Source: Octopus sinensis (Eukaryota). From it: a stretch of 64,000 nucleotides of DNA. How positions within the stretch are numbered: the first letter of the stretch is position 1; the number at the start of each line of letters is the position of its first letter. The position numbers were made by a program, and so were the translations under genes. A model generated the notes under the pieces. The model had not been told where the DNA came from. It worked only from the letters and a program-made list of their open reading frames with translations, and ran no database searches. Below are positions 35,861 through 48,486 of this stretch, in pieces. The stretch lies in the NCBI RefSeq assembly GCF_006345805.1, contig NC_043010.1:66464001-66528000 (forward strand). Direction: 5' to 3'.

Positions 35861-36827
35861 TTAAAACAATATAACCATTATGTATATACAAAGTATGCTG
35901 TTTTAATCCTGAGCATAGTAATAATAATAATTAGATTACTCTTTTCCTTGTTTCAGTCATTTGACTGTGGCCATGCTGGAGCACCGCCTTTAGTCGAGCA
36001 GATCGACCCCAGAACTTATTCTTTGTAAGCCTAGTACTTATTCTATCGGTCTCTTTTGCCGAACCGCTAAGTTATGGGGACGTAAACACATCAGCATCGG
36101 TTGTCAAGCAATGTTGGGGGGACAAACACAGACACACAAACATACACGCACACACATATATATATACATATATACGATGGGCTTCTTTCAGTTTCCGTCT
36201 ACCAAATCCACTCACAAGGCTTTGGTCGGCCCGAGGCTATAGTAGAAGACACTTTCCCAAGGTGTCACGCAGTGGGACTGAACCCAGAACTATGTGGTTC
36301 ATAAGCAAGCTACTTACCACACAGCCACTCATTATTTAACATCTTTTTTTTAAAGAGAGTAGAGTGTGATTTAAGGGAATTTCTATATTTAAGAGATGAG
36401 GAATTCCCCCCTCTCTCTCTTTCGGAGAGGAACTGAGCAGCTATACGCACACATACACACACAGAAGTAACTTCCGCCTACCGAATTCAATCACAAAGCA
36501 TCGGTCAGCTCGGGGCTATAGTGGAAGACACCTACCCAAAGTGTCATGCAGTGGGACTGAACCCGAAACCATGTAGCTAGGAAGCAAGCTCCCTAACCAC
36601 ACAGCCATTGCCCGATGTACATTATTTACATTTGACGGATATTTGTCCTCATCTTGTTTGTTGTTAATACAACATTTCGGTTGATATACCCTCCAGCCTT
36701 CACAGCAAAAATGCTTTTCTCAATACATGTGACATACCAGTTAAAACAATCTTTTGCACTTCTTGCTAAGGGTCATTATATATAGTTTCAAGTTCTTTAT
36801 TATTTTTTTTTATTTTTCTTCCATCAG

Positions 36828-37027
36828 GAGTTGTCTGATAAAATAACTAAACTGACACATACCCATATTTTGGGTATCCATGGGGCATACCTGCAAGCAC
36901 TGTCAGTCTGGCTCGCACTGAAAGCTGAAGAATCTCAATTTTCTACCAAGGAATTTGTGGATCAATTGAAAGAAAAAATGAAATTCTATGAAGATGAGTA
37001 TTCAAACAGAGAGGAAAATAAGGACAA
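36828..37027 (+). CDS. ADPRS: ARH3 coding exon 4
   Basis: Acceptor ttcttccatcag. Reads ELSDKITKLTHTHILGIHGAYLQALSVWLALK...EENKD, matching human SAQLTHASSLGYNGAILQALAVHLAL. Donor GTATGT, phase 2. Confidence 0.93.
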
Positions 37028-38755
37028 GTATGTGTGAAAAAGTTTATTAAAATAGAGATTTGTGAGCATTTATTGCTTTTTTTTAATTGTATTGAGAATG
37101 TGTCATCATTGTCATCCATGTTTTATAATCTGCTTTTCCATGGTCGCATGGGTTGGATGGAATTTGCTCACTCCAGCATAGAATTTACTCAGCTTTTCAA
37201 GATATACGTTGTTACAGACTCTGCCTGTCACTGATTTTTTTTGTTTTTGTTTTTATGGTATCAGTTTTAATTTATAGACTAGTTTATCAAATCCCTTGTA
37301 TATCAAATCCCTTGTTTTATCAAATCCCTTGTAATGGCGGTGCCCCAGCATGGCCACAGCTCATGAGCTGAAACTAGATAAAATAAAAAAATAAAATAAA
37401 TAAAATCTAAGGCTGAGAAAACAGAGGGCAGTATCTGTTAGGGGTAGGGCTGAGGTAGTAGACAGACATTCTAGTTGGTATAGTCATAAAAATCAAGATT
37501 TATTATATTTCTTTATTGCCCACAAGGGGCTAAACATAGAGGGGACAAACAAGGATAGACAAACGGATTAAGTCGATTACATCGACCCCAGTGCGTAACT
37601 GGTACTTACTGAATCAACCCCGAAAGGATGAAAGGCAAAGTCGACCTCGGCGGAATTTGAACTCATAACGTAACGGCAGACGAAATACAGCTACGCATTT
37701 CGCTCGGCGTGCTAACGTTTCTGCCAGCTCGCCACCTTCCAAAACTTCTCAATGTCAGAAGTGATAAAAATCAAGATTTATTATAAGCAATATCATGAGG
37801 TTTAGTAGGCGAAAACTTAAAACAAGATGTTAGGAAATAATTAAGGGGGTCGCCCACTAGCAGACTGTTGATAATGAAACGGGGGAAGTCTTATCATGTA
37901 GTACTGTAGTTAAATATTTTAAACAATGTTGCTATGTAAACAGTTAAAATTTAGGGTTAATCAAAGGATTGTTAAGAAGAATATTATAACAAAAAGATAG
38001 AAATTTATGAATACTTTTGAGTATATACCAAACTTTTACCACAATAGAGGGAGGAAAAGAAATTATCCAGAAATAGTTTAATATTTATACATATTGTACA
38101 CTTAAATACTAATTCATCAGATGGTATCTATGAATATTAATTGGTATATACTGGTATTGAGGTAAAGGAACATGCTAATTATATATTAATAAAATTATAA
38201 TCTAAGCAGTTTTTTTTAAGTAGTGAATATACCAGTATCGTTTTATATAAGCTAAGTATGAATTTATAGAGATACAAAAATTAGATTAATTTTATAAATG
38301 AAAAAGGCTAATTATAAAATAATAAAGAAATAAAATAAAATCAAGTAGGGCAGAACACCATAGAAAAGGAATTAAAATAGCTTAATTACTTATGCTATGG
38401 TAAAGTTTATGTAGCTTATTAACACCTATAGAGAAGATTTTTAGAAAAAGTATAATAATTCAAAATATATTAGACTAAAAATTATATATTTACTTATTTA
38501 ATTAATATCAATAAAAGACTGATGTTTGGTAATATTTAAGTTATGGAACAATCATATTTTACACTAATCTTTTTTTAAAAAACTAAGGGTTATATCATAG
38601 GTTTAAGAAGTTATTATTGTTACTCCTTACATGATATTTATAGTTTCTTAGTGGTACTTGTTTAGAAGGTTTTTAATCACCTTACTTTGAAATTGTATGG
38701 ATAAGACCGTACTAAATTCTGGTGCCTCAACTTAAGTACCATATTCATCTGAATC

Positions 38756-38797
<42 letters not shown>

Positions 38798-39664
38798 CGT
38801 GGTCACCGTGACTGACCAGGCTATCAGATGTGGCTACACATCGCTGGTCACAATGTGCTTCGCATTGTTTTAGCCTTCAAATGACGCCACCCCGCTGGCT
38901 AAGGTGAGCAGGCCAACAGAAGAGGGAGTGAGAGAAAGTTGTGGCGAAAGAGTACAGCAGGGATCGCCACCACCCCCTGCCAGAGCCTCGTGGAACTTTA
39001 GGTGTTTTCGCTCAATAAACACTCACAATGCCCGGTCTGGGAATCGAAACTGTGATCCTACGACCGCGAGTCCACTGCCCTAACCACTGGGCCATTGCAC
39101 CTCCACACACACACACATATATATATGTGTATATACTCTTTACTCTCTTTTACATGTTTCAGTCATTTGACTGCGGCCATGCTGGAGCACCGCCTTTAGT
39201 CGAGCAAATAGACCCCCAGCACTTATTCTTTGTAAGCCCAGAACTTATTCGATCGGTCCCTTTTGCCGAACCGCTAAGTGACGGGGACATAAACACACCA
39301 GCATCAGTTGTCAAGCAATGCTAGGGGTACAAACACAGACACACAAACACATACACATACATACATATATATACATATATACGACAGGCTTCTTTCAGTT
39401 TCCGTCTACCAAATCCACTCACAAGGCATTGGTCGGCCCGGGGCTATAGCAGAAGACACTTGCCCAAGATGCCACGCAGTGGGACTGAACCCGGAACCAT
39501 GTAGTTGGTTAGCAAGCTACTTACCACATAGCCACTCCTGCGCCTATATGTGTGTGTTTATATATATATATATATATATTTATTTATTCAAAATGTGACC
39601 ACATGTGTACCATTGGCAATTTTTTTCCTCCGTCTTCCCTTCCTTGGATCTTTCCTCTTCCTAT

Positions 39665-39699
39665 GTTTCTGATGAAGAGCTCCACTTGAAACATTAAAT
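39665..39699 (+). ncRNA. Hammerhead ribozyme motif, family 3 (C3-G8), degenerate
   Basis: GTTT-CTGATGA-A-GAGC(TCC)ACTT-GAA-ACAT-T-AAAT. Deviations from a perfect fold (GCTC, ACGT, AAAC) are all transitions, mostly CpG-type. Confidence 0.55.
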
Positions 39700-39852
39700 C
39701 ATCCTCCTTTCTTTCCTTTCCTGAGCGTCCAATAACACTATACTTGTTCCACGTCCTCGCGTTATTGTGTTTTCATTTGTGTTTGGATTAACTTTATATA
39801 CACATATACATATACAATATCTCTCATTGAGTATTTTGTTCCGTCCTTTCAG

Positions 39853-39959
39853 GAACTTAGATTCTGAAGAATCTCATTGTTATCTTCACAAACTCGACAT
39901 CATAAAGTCATTTTTGGATAGGAAAGATGTCAGCAATGAAGAAGTTGTAAAAGAACTTG
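39853..39959 (+). CDS. ADPRS: ARH3 coding exon 5
   Basis: Acceptor gtcctttcag. Reads NLDSEESHCYLHKLDIIKSFLDRKDVSNEEVVKELG, matching human YSSRLKKIGELLDQASVTREEVVSELG. Donor GTAAGA, phase 1. Confidence 0.92.
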
Positions 39960-39984
39960 GTAAGAGAACACTTACTCATCTATT

Positions 39985-40562
39985 TTGTAATTGTTGATAT
40001 CGAGACCTTTGGAAATATGCTGTGCGTGAAAAGACCAGGCAGGACAAGTGAGCCCAGCCCACTTATGCATGCCTTTCCTCCCTTGGACACAAAGACCTGT
40101 TGAGGCAAGCGAAGTCGATATCGAACCTCACCCGACAACAGGCACCCATGCCAACCCCCTTTGCTTGCGAAGACATGTTGGGGCAAGTGAAATCGAAATT
40201 GAACCAATCCTATGACTGGCAGCCGGCAGATGCCAGGACCCCTGGACTGGTGGTACGTAAAAAGCACCATCCAAATCGTGGCCGGAGCCAGTGCCGCCTC
40301 GACTGGCTTCCGTGCCGGTGGCACGTAAAATGCACCAATCCAACCGTGGCCGTTGCCAGCCTCGCCTGGCACCTGTGCGGGTGGCATGTAAAAAACACCC
40401 ACTACACTCACGGAGTGGTTGGCGTTAGGAAGGGCATCCAGCTGTAGAAACATTGCCAGATAAGACTGGAGCCTGGTGCAGCCTTCTGGCTTCCCAGATC
40501 CCCGGTCGAACCGTCCAACCCATGCTAGCATGGAGAACGGACGTTAAACGATGATGATGATG
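39985..40562 (+). mobile_element. RTE LINE 3' end (ORF2 tip plus full 3'UTR)
   Basis: Reads RDLWKYAVREKTRQDK*, then a 3'UTR ending cggacgttaaacgatgatgatgatg. Links the RTE coding end to the abundant (GAT)n-tailed repeat. Confidence 0.75.
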
Positions 40563-41404
40563 ATTTAGCCTCAGCAAGGTGACAAACTGGCAGAATTGTT
40601 AACATGTACATTCTGAATTCAAATTCTGCTGAAGTCAACTTAGCCATTCGTCTTTTTGGAGTTGATAAAATAAAGAACCAGTCAAGTACTGGGGTAGATA
40701 TAATCAACCTGTTCCTCCTACCCCAAATTTCAGGCCTGGTATTCATCATAGAACATATTATATAACCTCAAGCCTGCTCTGAACAGGCAGACCAATGATC
40801 AAAGGCATTCCTGCCATGACCATCCCGTTTTTTTCCCAACATATTCTTTTCTGAGAAATACAGGTGCAGGCATGGCTGTGTGGTTGGTGAAGAAGTTTGC
40901 TTCCCACCCATGAGGTCTCGGGTTCAGTCCCACTGGGCAGCATCTTAGATAAATGTCTTTTATGATAGCCCCAGGTTGACCGAAACCTTACAAGCGGATT
41001 TGATTGACAGAAACTAACGAAGCCTGCTCTGTGTGTGTGTGTGTGCATGCATACTCTTGTCTTGACATCACATGGTGGTGGTTGTTTTATCTACAAAATA
41101 TCTCCTTTTAACCCCTTACCCGGCAGAAACGAATATATGCGTTTTGACCGAAATCGTTTTTTTTCCATCTCTGGCGAGTTAACTCGTCAAAAGATAGACT
41201 CGCCAAAATCGACAGCAAACGAGTTCCTTCATCTATTATAAACTCTTTTTTGACATATACGAGTATATTCGTTCACTTTATACGTCTGGCAGTGACGATT
41301 TCTGCCACCTTTCGCTTGAGTGAGGCATTGAAGACCGAGTAATTTTTTCTTTCTGAAGAAATATATCGTCATTCATTTATTCAACCATTTTATATATTCT
41401 TCCA

Positions 41405-41712
41405 ATATTACCAAAGTAAGAAAACAGCACAGCTCCCATGACTTCAGGAAACATTTTTTCACGCTGAGAGTTGCTGAAGCGTGGAACAAACTGCCGGCAT
41501 CGGTTGTTAGTTGTCGGAGCACTGCATCCTTCAAGACTTCCATGCTTCCTGAGATTCGCCAACACTACACTTGATTTTCTCCCCTCCATACACACACAAG
41601 CATGTTCACTTTCCAGACATTTCTACATTACTGCATGTACTTTATATGCACTTTCTGACAAGTTGTGGTGCATCTGAGCACTGTATACAATAATTTCATT
41701 ATTATTATTATA
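41405..41712 (+). mobile_element. CR1-clade LINE 3' end
   Basis: 41413-41574 reads KVRKQHSSHDFRKHFFTLRVAEAWNKLPASVVSCRSTASFKTSMLPEIRQHYT*, followed by a 3'UTR and (ATT)n tail. The same 3' tip recurs at about 53946-53995. Confidence 0.8.
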
Positions 41713-41999
41713 ATATTATATTTTGAGAATGAAAAAAATGAGCATACATGGATTGCCATAGAAAAAAAAAATTCATTATTTTGTCTCTCTTTTTTGTCAT
41801 TACTAACAGTTTTGAAGTAATAAAATCAACAGAAGTAAACAATCATGTTTTGATCATTCATTCTAAATTTGGAAAATAAGATAACCAAATAAAATAACAA
41901 CGATTTTTTGTAAAAGTAATATGATTTATGAAAAAAACCGGTTAACTCGTTTCTGCCCAAAGCGGTAATTTAAAATCAATATTATTGAATTAAAATTCA

Positions 42000-42347
42000 T
42001 CTCTCTCTATATAAACGGCAGTTTGTCTGTGTGTGTTTCTGTGTGTCTGTTTGGTTGTACCCTCACCCTGACCACGGCTTTCAACCGATTCTGATGAAAC
42101 TTGACGCACACATAGCCCAATGTCATAATTCAAAACTAACGCAGCGAAAATTTTGAAAAGTTACCCCAGTTCTGAAAAAAATCGATAAATTCGACATGGG
42201 GACGCAACTCGACTTTTTTTAACTCTCAAAAAAAAATTTACCATCATTTTTTTTCCATTTTTTTGCTATTTTTTTGCTATAACTCTCTAAAATTGCTTTA
42301 TAGTTACTTCCCTTACAAACCCGAGCAACGCCGGGCGATACTGCTAG
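42000..42347 (+). mobile_element. Non-autonomous Helitron
   Basis: A|TCTCTCTCTATATAAAC ... CCCGAGCAACGCCGGGCGATACTGCTAG|T. Confidence 0.82.
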
Positions 42348-42544
42348 TAATAAATAAGGTTTGAAATATACCTCGAAATCACCATTCAAAACAGTAAAAT
42401 AAAACAATTAAAAAATATGTCTGAAAAAATACATTTATTTTCAAAATAATTGTTGGGTAAGGGGTTAATCAAATAACATTTTCCCTTTTACTCATTTCTT
42501 TATATTTTCTCTCTTTCACTTATATCATTCCTATCTTCCCACAC

Positions 42545-42915
42545 ACTCTCTCTCTCTATCTCTCTCTCTTTATCTGTCTCTGTCTCTCTCTCTCTTTCTC
42601 TATCTATCTGTCTGTCTCTCTCTATCTCTATCTCTATCTGTCTGTCTCTCTCTCTCTCTATCTGTCTCTGTCTCTCTCTCTCTCTCTATCTGTCTGTTTC
42701 TCTCTATCTCTATCTCTCTCTCTATCTGTCTCTGTCTCTGTCTCTCTCTTTCTCTATCTATCTGTCTGTCTCTCTCTCTCTATCTCTATCTGTCTGTCTC
42801 TCTCTATCTGTCTCTGTCTCTCTCTCTCTCTCTATCTGTCTCTGTCTCTCTCTATCTCTATCTGTCTCTGTCTCTCTCTCTTTTTCTCTCTCTCTATCTC
42901 TCTCTCTCTCTCTGT
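42545..42915. repeat. (CT)n/(CTGT)/(CTAT) compound pyrimidine-rich microsatellite
   Basis: Read directly; ends about 70 nt upstream of the ARH3 exon 6 acceptor. Confidence 0.9.
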
Positions 42916-42986
42916 CTTTTTGTTTTTGCTTCTTTCCAACTTTGTGTCTTCTTTCTTAATTTCTTTCTTTCCTTCTTTCATTACAG

Positions 42987-43069
42987 GTCATGGTGTATCT
43001 TCACAATCCTCAATCCCCACTGCTGTTTATGCATTCCTGAGATCAGTTGAGGATACTAAAACTATACCG
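42987..43069 (+). CDS. ADPRS: ARH3 coding exon 6
   Basis: Acceptor ttcattacag. Reads GHGVSSQSSIPTAVYAFLRSVEDTKTIP, matching human GNGIAAFESVPTAIYCFLR. Donor GTCAGT, phase 0. Confidence 0.9.
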
Positions 43070-43917
43070 GTCAGTGCTGCTTTTTATCTGCATCAAGTTT
43101 TGGTATAATTGTAATTTCCACCTCCTGAAAGATATTTGTAGAAAATTTCATTAAAAACTATTAATTTTTCTGAATGTTGTGAGGAAACAGTCAATAGGTG
43201 TGAATTATCCAAAAGTCCTCACCTGCTTCCGAATTCCAATATAATCATACTTCATATCATCTAAATGGTATTTCTAGAAAATTCCATCAAAGACTATTCA
43301 TTTTTCTGCGAGTTTGGCTGTGTGGTAAGTAGCTTGCTTACCAACCACATGGTTCTGGGTTCAGTCCCACTGCGTGGTACATTGGGCAAGTGTCTTCTAC
43401 TATAGCTTCGGGTCGACCAAAACCTTGTGAGTGGATTTGGTAGACGGAAACTGAAAGAAGCCTGCTGTAGCTTGCTTACCAGCCACATTGTTCCGGGTTC
43501 AGTCCCACTGCATGGCACCTTGGGCAAGTGTCTTCTATAGCTTCGGGTCGACCAAAGCCTTGTGAGTGGATTTGGTAGACAGAAACTGAAAGAAGCCCAT
43601 CGTATATATGCATTTATATATGTGTGTGTGTGTGTGTATGTTTGTGTGTCTGTTTGTCCCCCCCAACATCGCTTGACAACCAATGCTGGTGTGTTTACGT
43701 CCCCGTAACTTAGCAGTTCGGCAAATGATCCCGATAGAATAATTACTAGGCTTACAAAGAATAAGTGCTGGGGTCTATTTGCTCGACTAAAGGTGGTGCA
43801 CCAGCATGGCCACAGTCAAATGACTGAAACAAGTAAAAGAGAGTATGCTTGTGTAGGCTTCTCCAACTGATGTTCAAAACCCATTCTTGATGTATGTTTT
43901 TCTTTTTCTCTAACCAG

Positions 43918-44124
43918 AATCGCAACGGATTTGAAAGAACGATTATCTATGCAATTTCTCTTGATGGGGATACTGATACTATTGCAACAATGGCTGGCGC
44001 AATTGCAGGTGCATTCTGGGGTGAAGAAAGCATACCGAAATCTTGGCAAGAATGTTGTCAAGGTTTGGACACAGCAGAGAAGACAGCAAAGAGTTTGTAC
44101 CAATATGTCACTGAACAAAGTTAA
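43918..44124 (+). CDS. ADPRS: ARH3 coding exon 7 (terminal)
   Basis: Acceptor ttctctaaccag. Reads NRNGFERTIIYAISLDGDTDTIATMAGAIAGAFWGEESIPKSWQECCQGLDTAEKTAKSLYQYVTEQS*; DTDT corresponds to human D314/D316/T317. Exon lengths sum to 1068 nt, i.e. 355 aa plus stop. Confidence 0.96.
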   Translation, partial: NRNGFERTIIYAISLDGDTDTIATMAGAIAGAFWGEESIPKSWQECCQGLDTAEKTAKSLYQYVTEQS

Positions 44125-44129
44125 ATAAA
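44124..44129 (+). terminator. Candidate ARH3 polyadenylation signal AATAAA
   Basis: AATAAA overlaps the last base of the TAA stop; a U-rich tract follows at about 44165-44200. Confidence 0.45.
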
Positions 44130-44844
44130 ATGATCATAAAATCAAATTGTTAAAGACTTAACCTGGCTTTCTTTTTCTTTTCTTTTTTTATTTCTTTTAT
44201 ATACAGAATGGTTTCCCAACTTCTTTTTGCCAAATGCCCAAAATATTAGCCTGTATACAAGAGTGGCTGTGTGGTAAGACGCTTGCTTCCCAACCACATG
44301 GTTGCAGGTTCAGTCCCACTTTGAGGCACCTAGAGCAAGTGTCTCAACTATTCTACCTCTTAAAAGAGGGTTTTCCTTGTTTGATAGGAGGGTTTGAAAA
44401 GAGGGTTTTCCTTGTTTGATAGGAGCTGGCAAGTCAGAAGCTCAGTTGTCAACTTCAGCCTGGTTCCTACATCTGGATGCCCTTCCTAATGCCAGCCACT
44501 TTGCGCAGAATGTACTGGGTGTTTTTTTCACTTTGCACCAGCACAGGCAATGTCTCCGAGTAGCATACGAGACAAGACACCCTCAGCTGAAGTAGGAATA
44601 CTATGGAGGAAGGTGGCTTTATGCCAGATGATGAGAGGTTAGAATATGAATACAGGGACAGAAATTGGGGTTTTGAATGTATCAAATAAATTAGCTAATT
44701 CATCTTCCTGAATGTCCTAGTATCTAATCTGTGTTTCCTGGAACTATTTTGGATTCAATGGATCGCATTACTGAGCCGGCAGAATTGTTAGCATGCCAGG
44801 CAAAATGCTTGACGGCATTTTGTCTGTCTTTACATTCATCATCA

Positions 44845-45460
44845 TCATCATCATCATCGTTTAATGTCCGCTTTCCATGCTAGCATGGGTTGGACGATTT
44901 GACTGAGAACTAGTGAACCAGATGGCTGCACCAGGCTTCAATCTTGATCTGGTAGAGTTTCTACAGCTGGATGCCCTTCCTAACACCAACAACTCCGAGA
45001 GTGTAGTGGGTGCTTTTACGTGTCACCGGCACAAGGGCCAGTCAAGGCGGTACTGGCAACGACTACGCTCAAATGATGCTTTTTACATGCCACCTGCACA
45101 GGAGCCAGTTCAGCGGCACTGGCAATGACCTCGCTTTGAATGTCTTTTCACGTGCCACCAGCACAAGTGCTAGTAAGGCAACGCTGGTAACAATCATGCT
45201 CGAATGGTGGTTTTTTACATGCCACCGGCACGGGAACCAATCCATGGCCCTGGCAACGATCACGCTCGGATGGTGCTCTTAGTGCTCCACTAGCATGGAT
45301 GCCAATCATTGAATTTGATTTCGATTTCACTTGCCTCAATAGGTCTTCGCAAGCAGAGTTTAGTGTCCAATGAAGGAAAGGTATGCATAAGTGGGCTGGT
45401 TACACCCCTGGCATAGGCCACAAGGTTATGATCTCATTTGGCTTGCCGGATCTCATTCTT
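44845..45460 (-). mobile_element. RTE-3'UTR-derived repeat with diverged tandem units
   Basis: Same family as 39985-40562, reverse orientation. Shorter copies lie at about 18075-18325, 21360-21600, 32925-33205 and 62875-63030. Confidence 0.7.
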
Positions 45461-47165
45461 TGTAAGCCTAGAACTTAGTCTATTGGTCTCTTTCACCAAA
45501 CTGCTAAGTTACGGAGATGTAAACACCAGCATCAGTTGTCAAGCAATGGTGTGGGGACAAACATACACACATACACATACATATATATAATTATATATAT
45601 ATATACACGACGGGTTTCTTTCAGTTTCCGTCTACCAAATCCATTCAGAAGGCTTTGGTCAACCCGAGGATATAGTAGAAGACACTTGCCCAAGGTGCCA
45701 CGCAGTGGGACTGAACCTGGAACCATGTGGCTGGTGAGCAAGCTTCTTACCACACAGCCACTCCTGTGCCTTAATTGGGTTTCATGAAAAAAATTCTGGG
45801 ATTCCAAGGGATAAGTTGTTGTTGTTTAAAATTTGAGAATTAAGGTGACAAGCAGACTGAATCGTTAGCACACAGGAAGAATACTTAACAGCATTGCTTG
45901 TGACTCTTCATGTTCTGTGTTCAAATCCTGCTAAAGTCAACTTTGCCTTTCATTCTTTCAGGGTCAATGAAATAAGGTACCAGTAAAATACTGAGGTCAG
46001 TGGTATCAACTAAGTCACTCTCCTCAAAGCTGTTGACCTCGTGCCTAAATCGGAAACCATTAAGGATAGCAAACTGGCAGAACTATTAGCGCGTAGGACA
46101 AAATGCTTTTTGATATTTCTTCTTGCTCTATATGTTCTGAGTATAAATTCCACTGAAGTTGACTTCACTTTTTAACCTTTGGGGTTTATGTGATAAGTAG
46201 CAGTCAAGTACTGGGGCCAATGTAATCAACTTGCCCCCTACGCTCAAAATTGCTTGGCTTTGTGCCAAAAGTAGAAAGAATTAAAATTTGTGAAGCTGCA
46301 TGGCCTAATGGTTAGGTAACTGGGCTTTTGATGTTAAAAGTTGTGGGTCTGATTCTGGGCCAAGCGGTGTATTATGCTAGCAGAAACGTTAGCACGCCGG
46401 GCGAAATGCTTAACAGTATTTCGTCTGCCGTTCAAATTCCGCCGAGGTCGACTTTACCTTTCATCCTTTCAGGGTCGATAAATTAAGTACCAGTTACGCA
46501 CTGGGGTCGATGTAATCGACTTAATACCTATGTCTGTCCTTGTTTGTCCCCTCTATGTTTAGCCCCTTGTGGGTAATAAAGAAATAGGTGTATTATGCCT
46601 CTGAGCAAGGCCTTTTCTTGTTTCTCCAGTCCATTCAACTGAAAATGTGCACCAGCTGCAATTGGGTTTTGACCCCTTACAGCAGACAGGCATTCCATTC
46701 AGGGTGGACAGCAGGATAAACTTTGGCCTAAGGAACCTGCAGGTTTTCAATAGCTATACTTAGCCTCTTAACAATATTTGAATATTGGGTTAACAAAAAC
46801 CTTGGATGGAAAAAAGTCAAAGGCTGCCAGTGCGACTCGAACCCACATCTGTAAACATGACAAATGTTCTCCCATTGCATCAAAGCAATCTTTTGAAAGT
46901 CTCCATCCACACTATTATTTATAGTCTTAGCTACCTCAAATTCGACCATTATAAACGATTTACTTCATGTCTCACAAAGTCTCTTAATTCTTATAATGCA
47001 ATTAACATACATTTTTTCTTTATTCTCAATCTGCTAAAAATCTAACTAAATGAAGTTATTACTGGAAACTATTTTGTTTCCACTTCTCACATGGCTAAAG
47101 ATATATTATATAAGACTGTATACTGCTGTATTATGATGAAATCTCTCTATATATATAGACACACA

Positions 47166-47565
47166 TCTCTGTATATATAAAGCTGAAGTTGTCTGTGTAT
47201 GGCAGGTTTGGTGGCCTTCAACTAACACTATCTCCTCCAAGACCCTGCAGCGCAAGTTGACCAAAATTGAGAGTATGATAGAAAAAGACTTGCTCTTCCT
47301 TCCGTAGAAGAAAAAAATTCAAATCGGACCATGTTAACACCAAAAATTATTTACATCAAAAAGGTGCTTTTTTTCTATGAAAATCCCTATTTTCTTACGA
47401 TTTTTTTACTGCTGTGTCGTCATTTTTCAGTGTATTTCAACCAGAAAAATGTTCACTTAAAGAGAATAAGAAGCTACATAATGAAAAATTTTTACTTTTC
47501 AAAAATTCCAATTCTAAAGGATCGAAAAGAAAACAAGCCCGAGCAACGCTGGGCGATACTGCTAG
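47166..47565 (+). mobile_element. Non-autonomous Helitron
   Basis: A|TCTCTGTATATATAAAG ... CCCGAGCAACGCTGGGCGATACTGCTAG|T. Confidence 0.82.
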
Positions 47566-48486
47566 TTTTTGATAAACCTACACTGCTACTATTAGTAGTT
47601 AGTGAGGAAGTTGTAAATGAATTGTAATTCACTTAATTTCATTGGCCTAATTTCACAGAGCTATTAATACATGTGAATATGAGTCAGTATATTTATATAG
47701 TCATAAACCATGCTCTTCTCCACTGATTATTACCCAACTGTTGACCTTGTGCAATTATACAAATGAATTTGTGTCTTGGTACTTAGATATTTAAACTTCA
47801 ATATGGATCCTTCAGCTATAATACAAAGCAGTTGATAAGGCCTTCACGAGCATAATTTCACAGTGAGACTAAATATATTTATAGATGTGTCTGTATTTAC
47901 TTAGGGTTCTAACATAGGCCCAGGGGCCAGCAATTTTGAAGGAAAGAGTTCTAATAAAGAGACAAGACCAACAATTTTGATTGGAAGGGTTATAAGTATA
48001 CTATGGTAGAAAGTTTCTTCCCTAAAGTACAATATAGTGAAACTGAACCTAAAATTTCGTAGTTTTGAAGCATACATCTTAATCACATACAATCATACAT
48101 GCATTAATTTTTACATTCTAAGGTCAAATCTCTCTGGGAACAACTTCACTCATCTCCCAAATTTCAGACCATGTGTCAATATTAGAAATTGTTTTTTGTC
48201 TGGTAATCACTCACATTGATTGCCGTGCTTAACAATCTGCTTTTGTTTAATCTATAAGCACAGAATAGTGAATGGGTCAATGATAGATTTTTGGTCTTTT
48301 TACTCAAGCTATAACAGTTCCCCTCAAAATTACTGGTTTTGTACCTATGTTAAAACCCTTCTGCTCAAAATTACTGGCCTTGTTAGAATCCTTCCATTTA
48401 AAACTGTTGGCCTTGTGCATACATTAGAACCCTTCTCCTCAAAAATTGCTAGCCTTATCTGTCTTAGAATCCTTCCCCTCAAAACC

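Noticed and set aside
37790-38740. About 1 kb of AT-rich, microsatellite-free sequence that might be a decayed ORF or viral relic
   Set aside because: The frames I translated contain frequent stops and no motif I recognise. A tBLASTx or profile search would be needed to rescue it.
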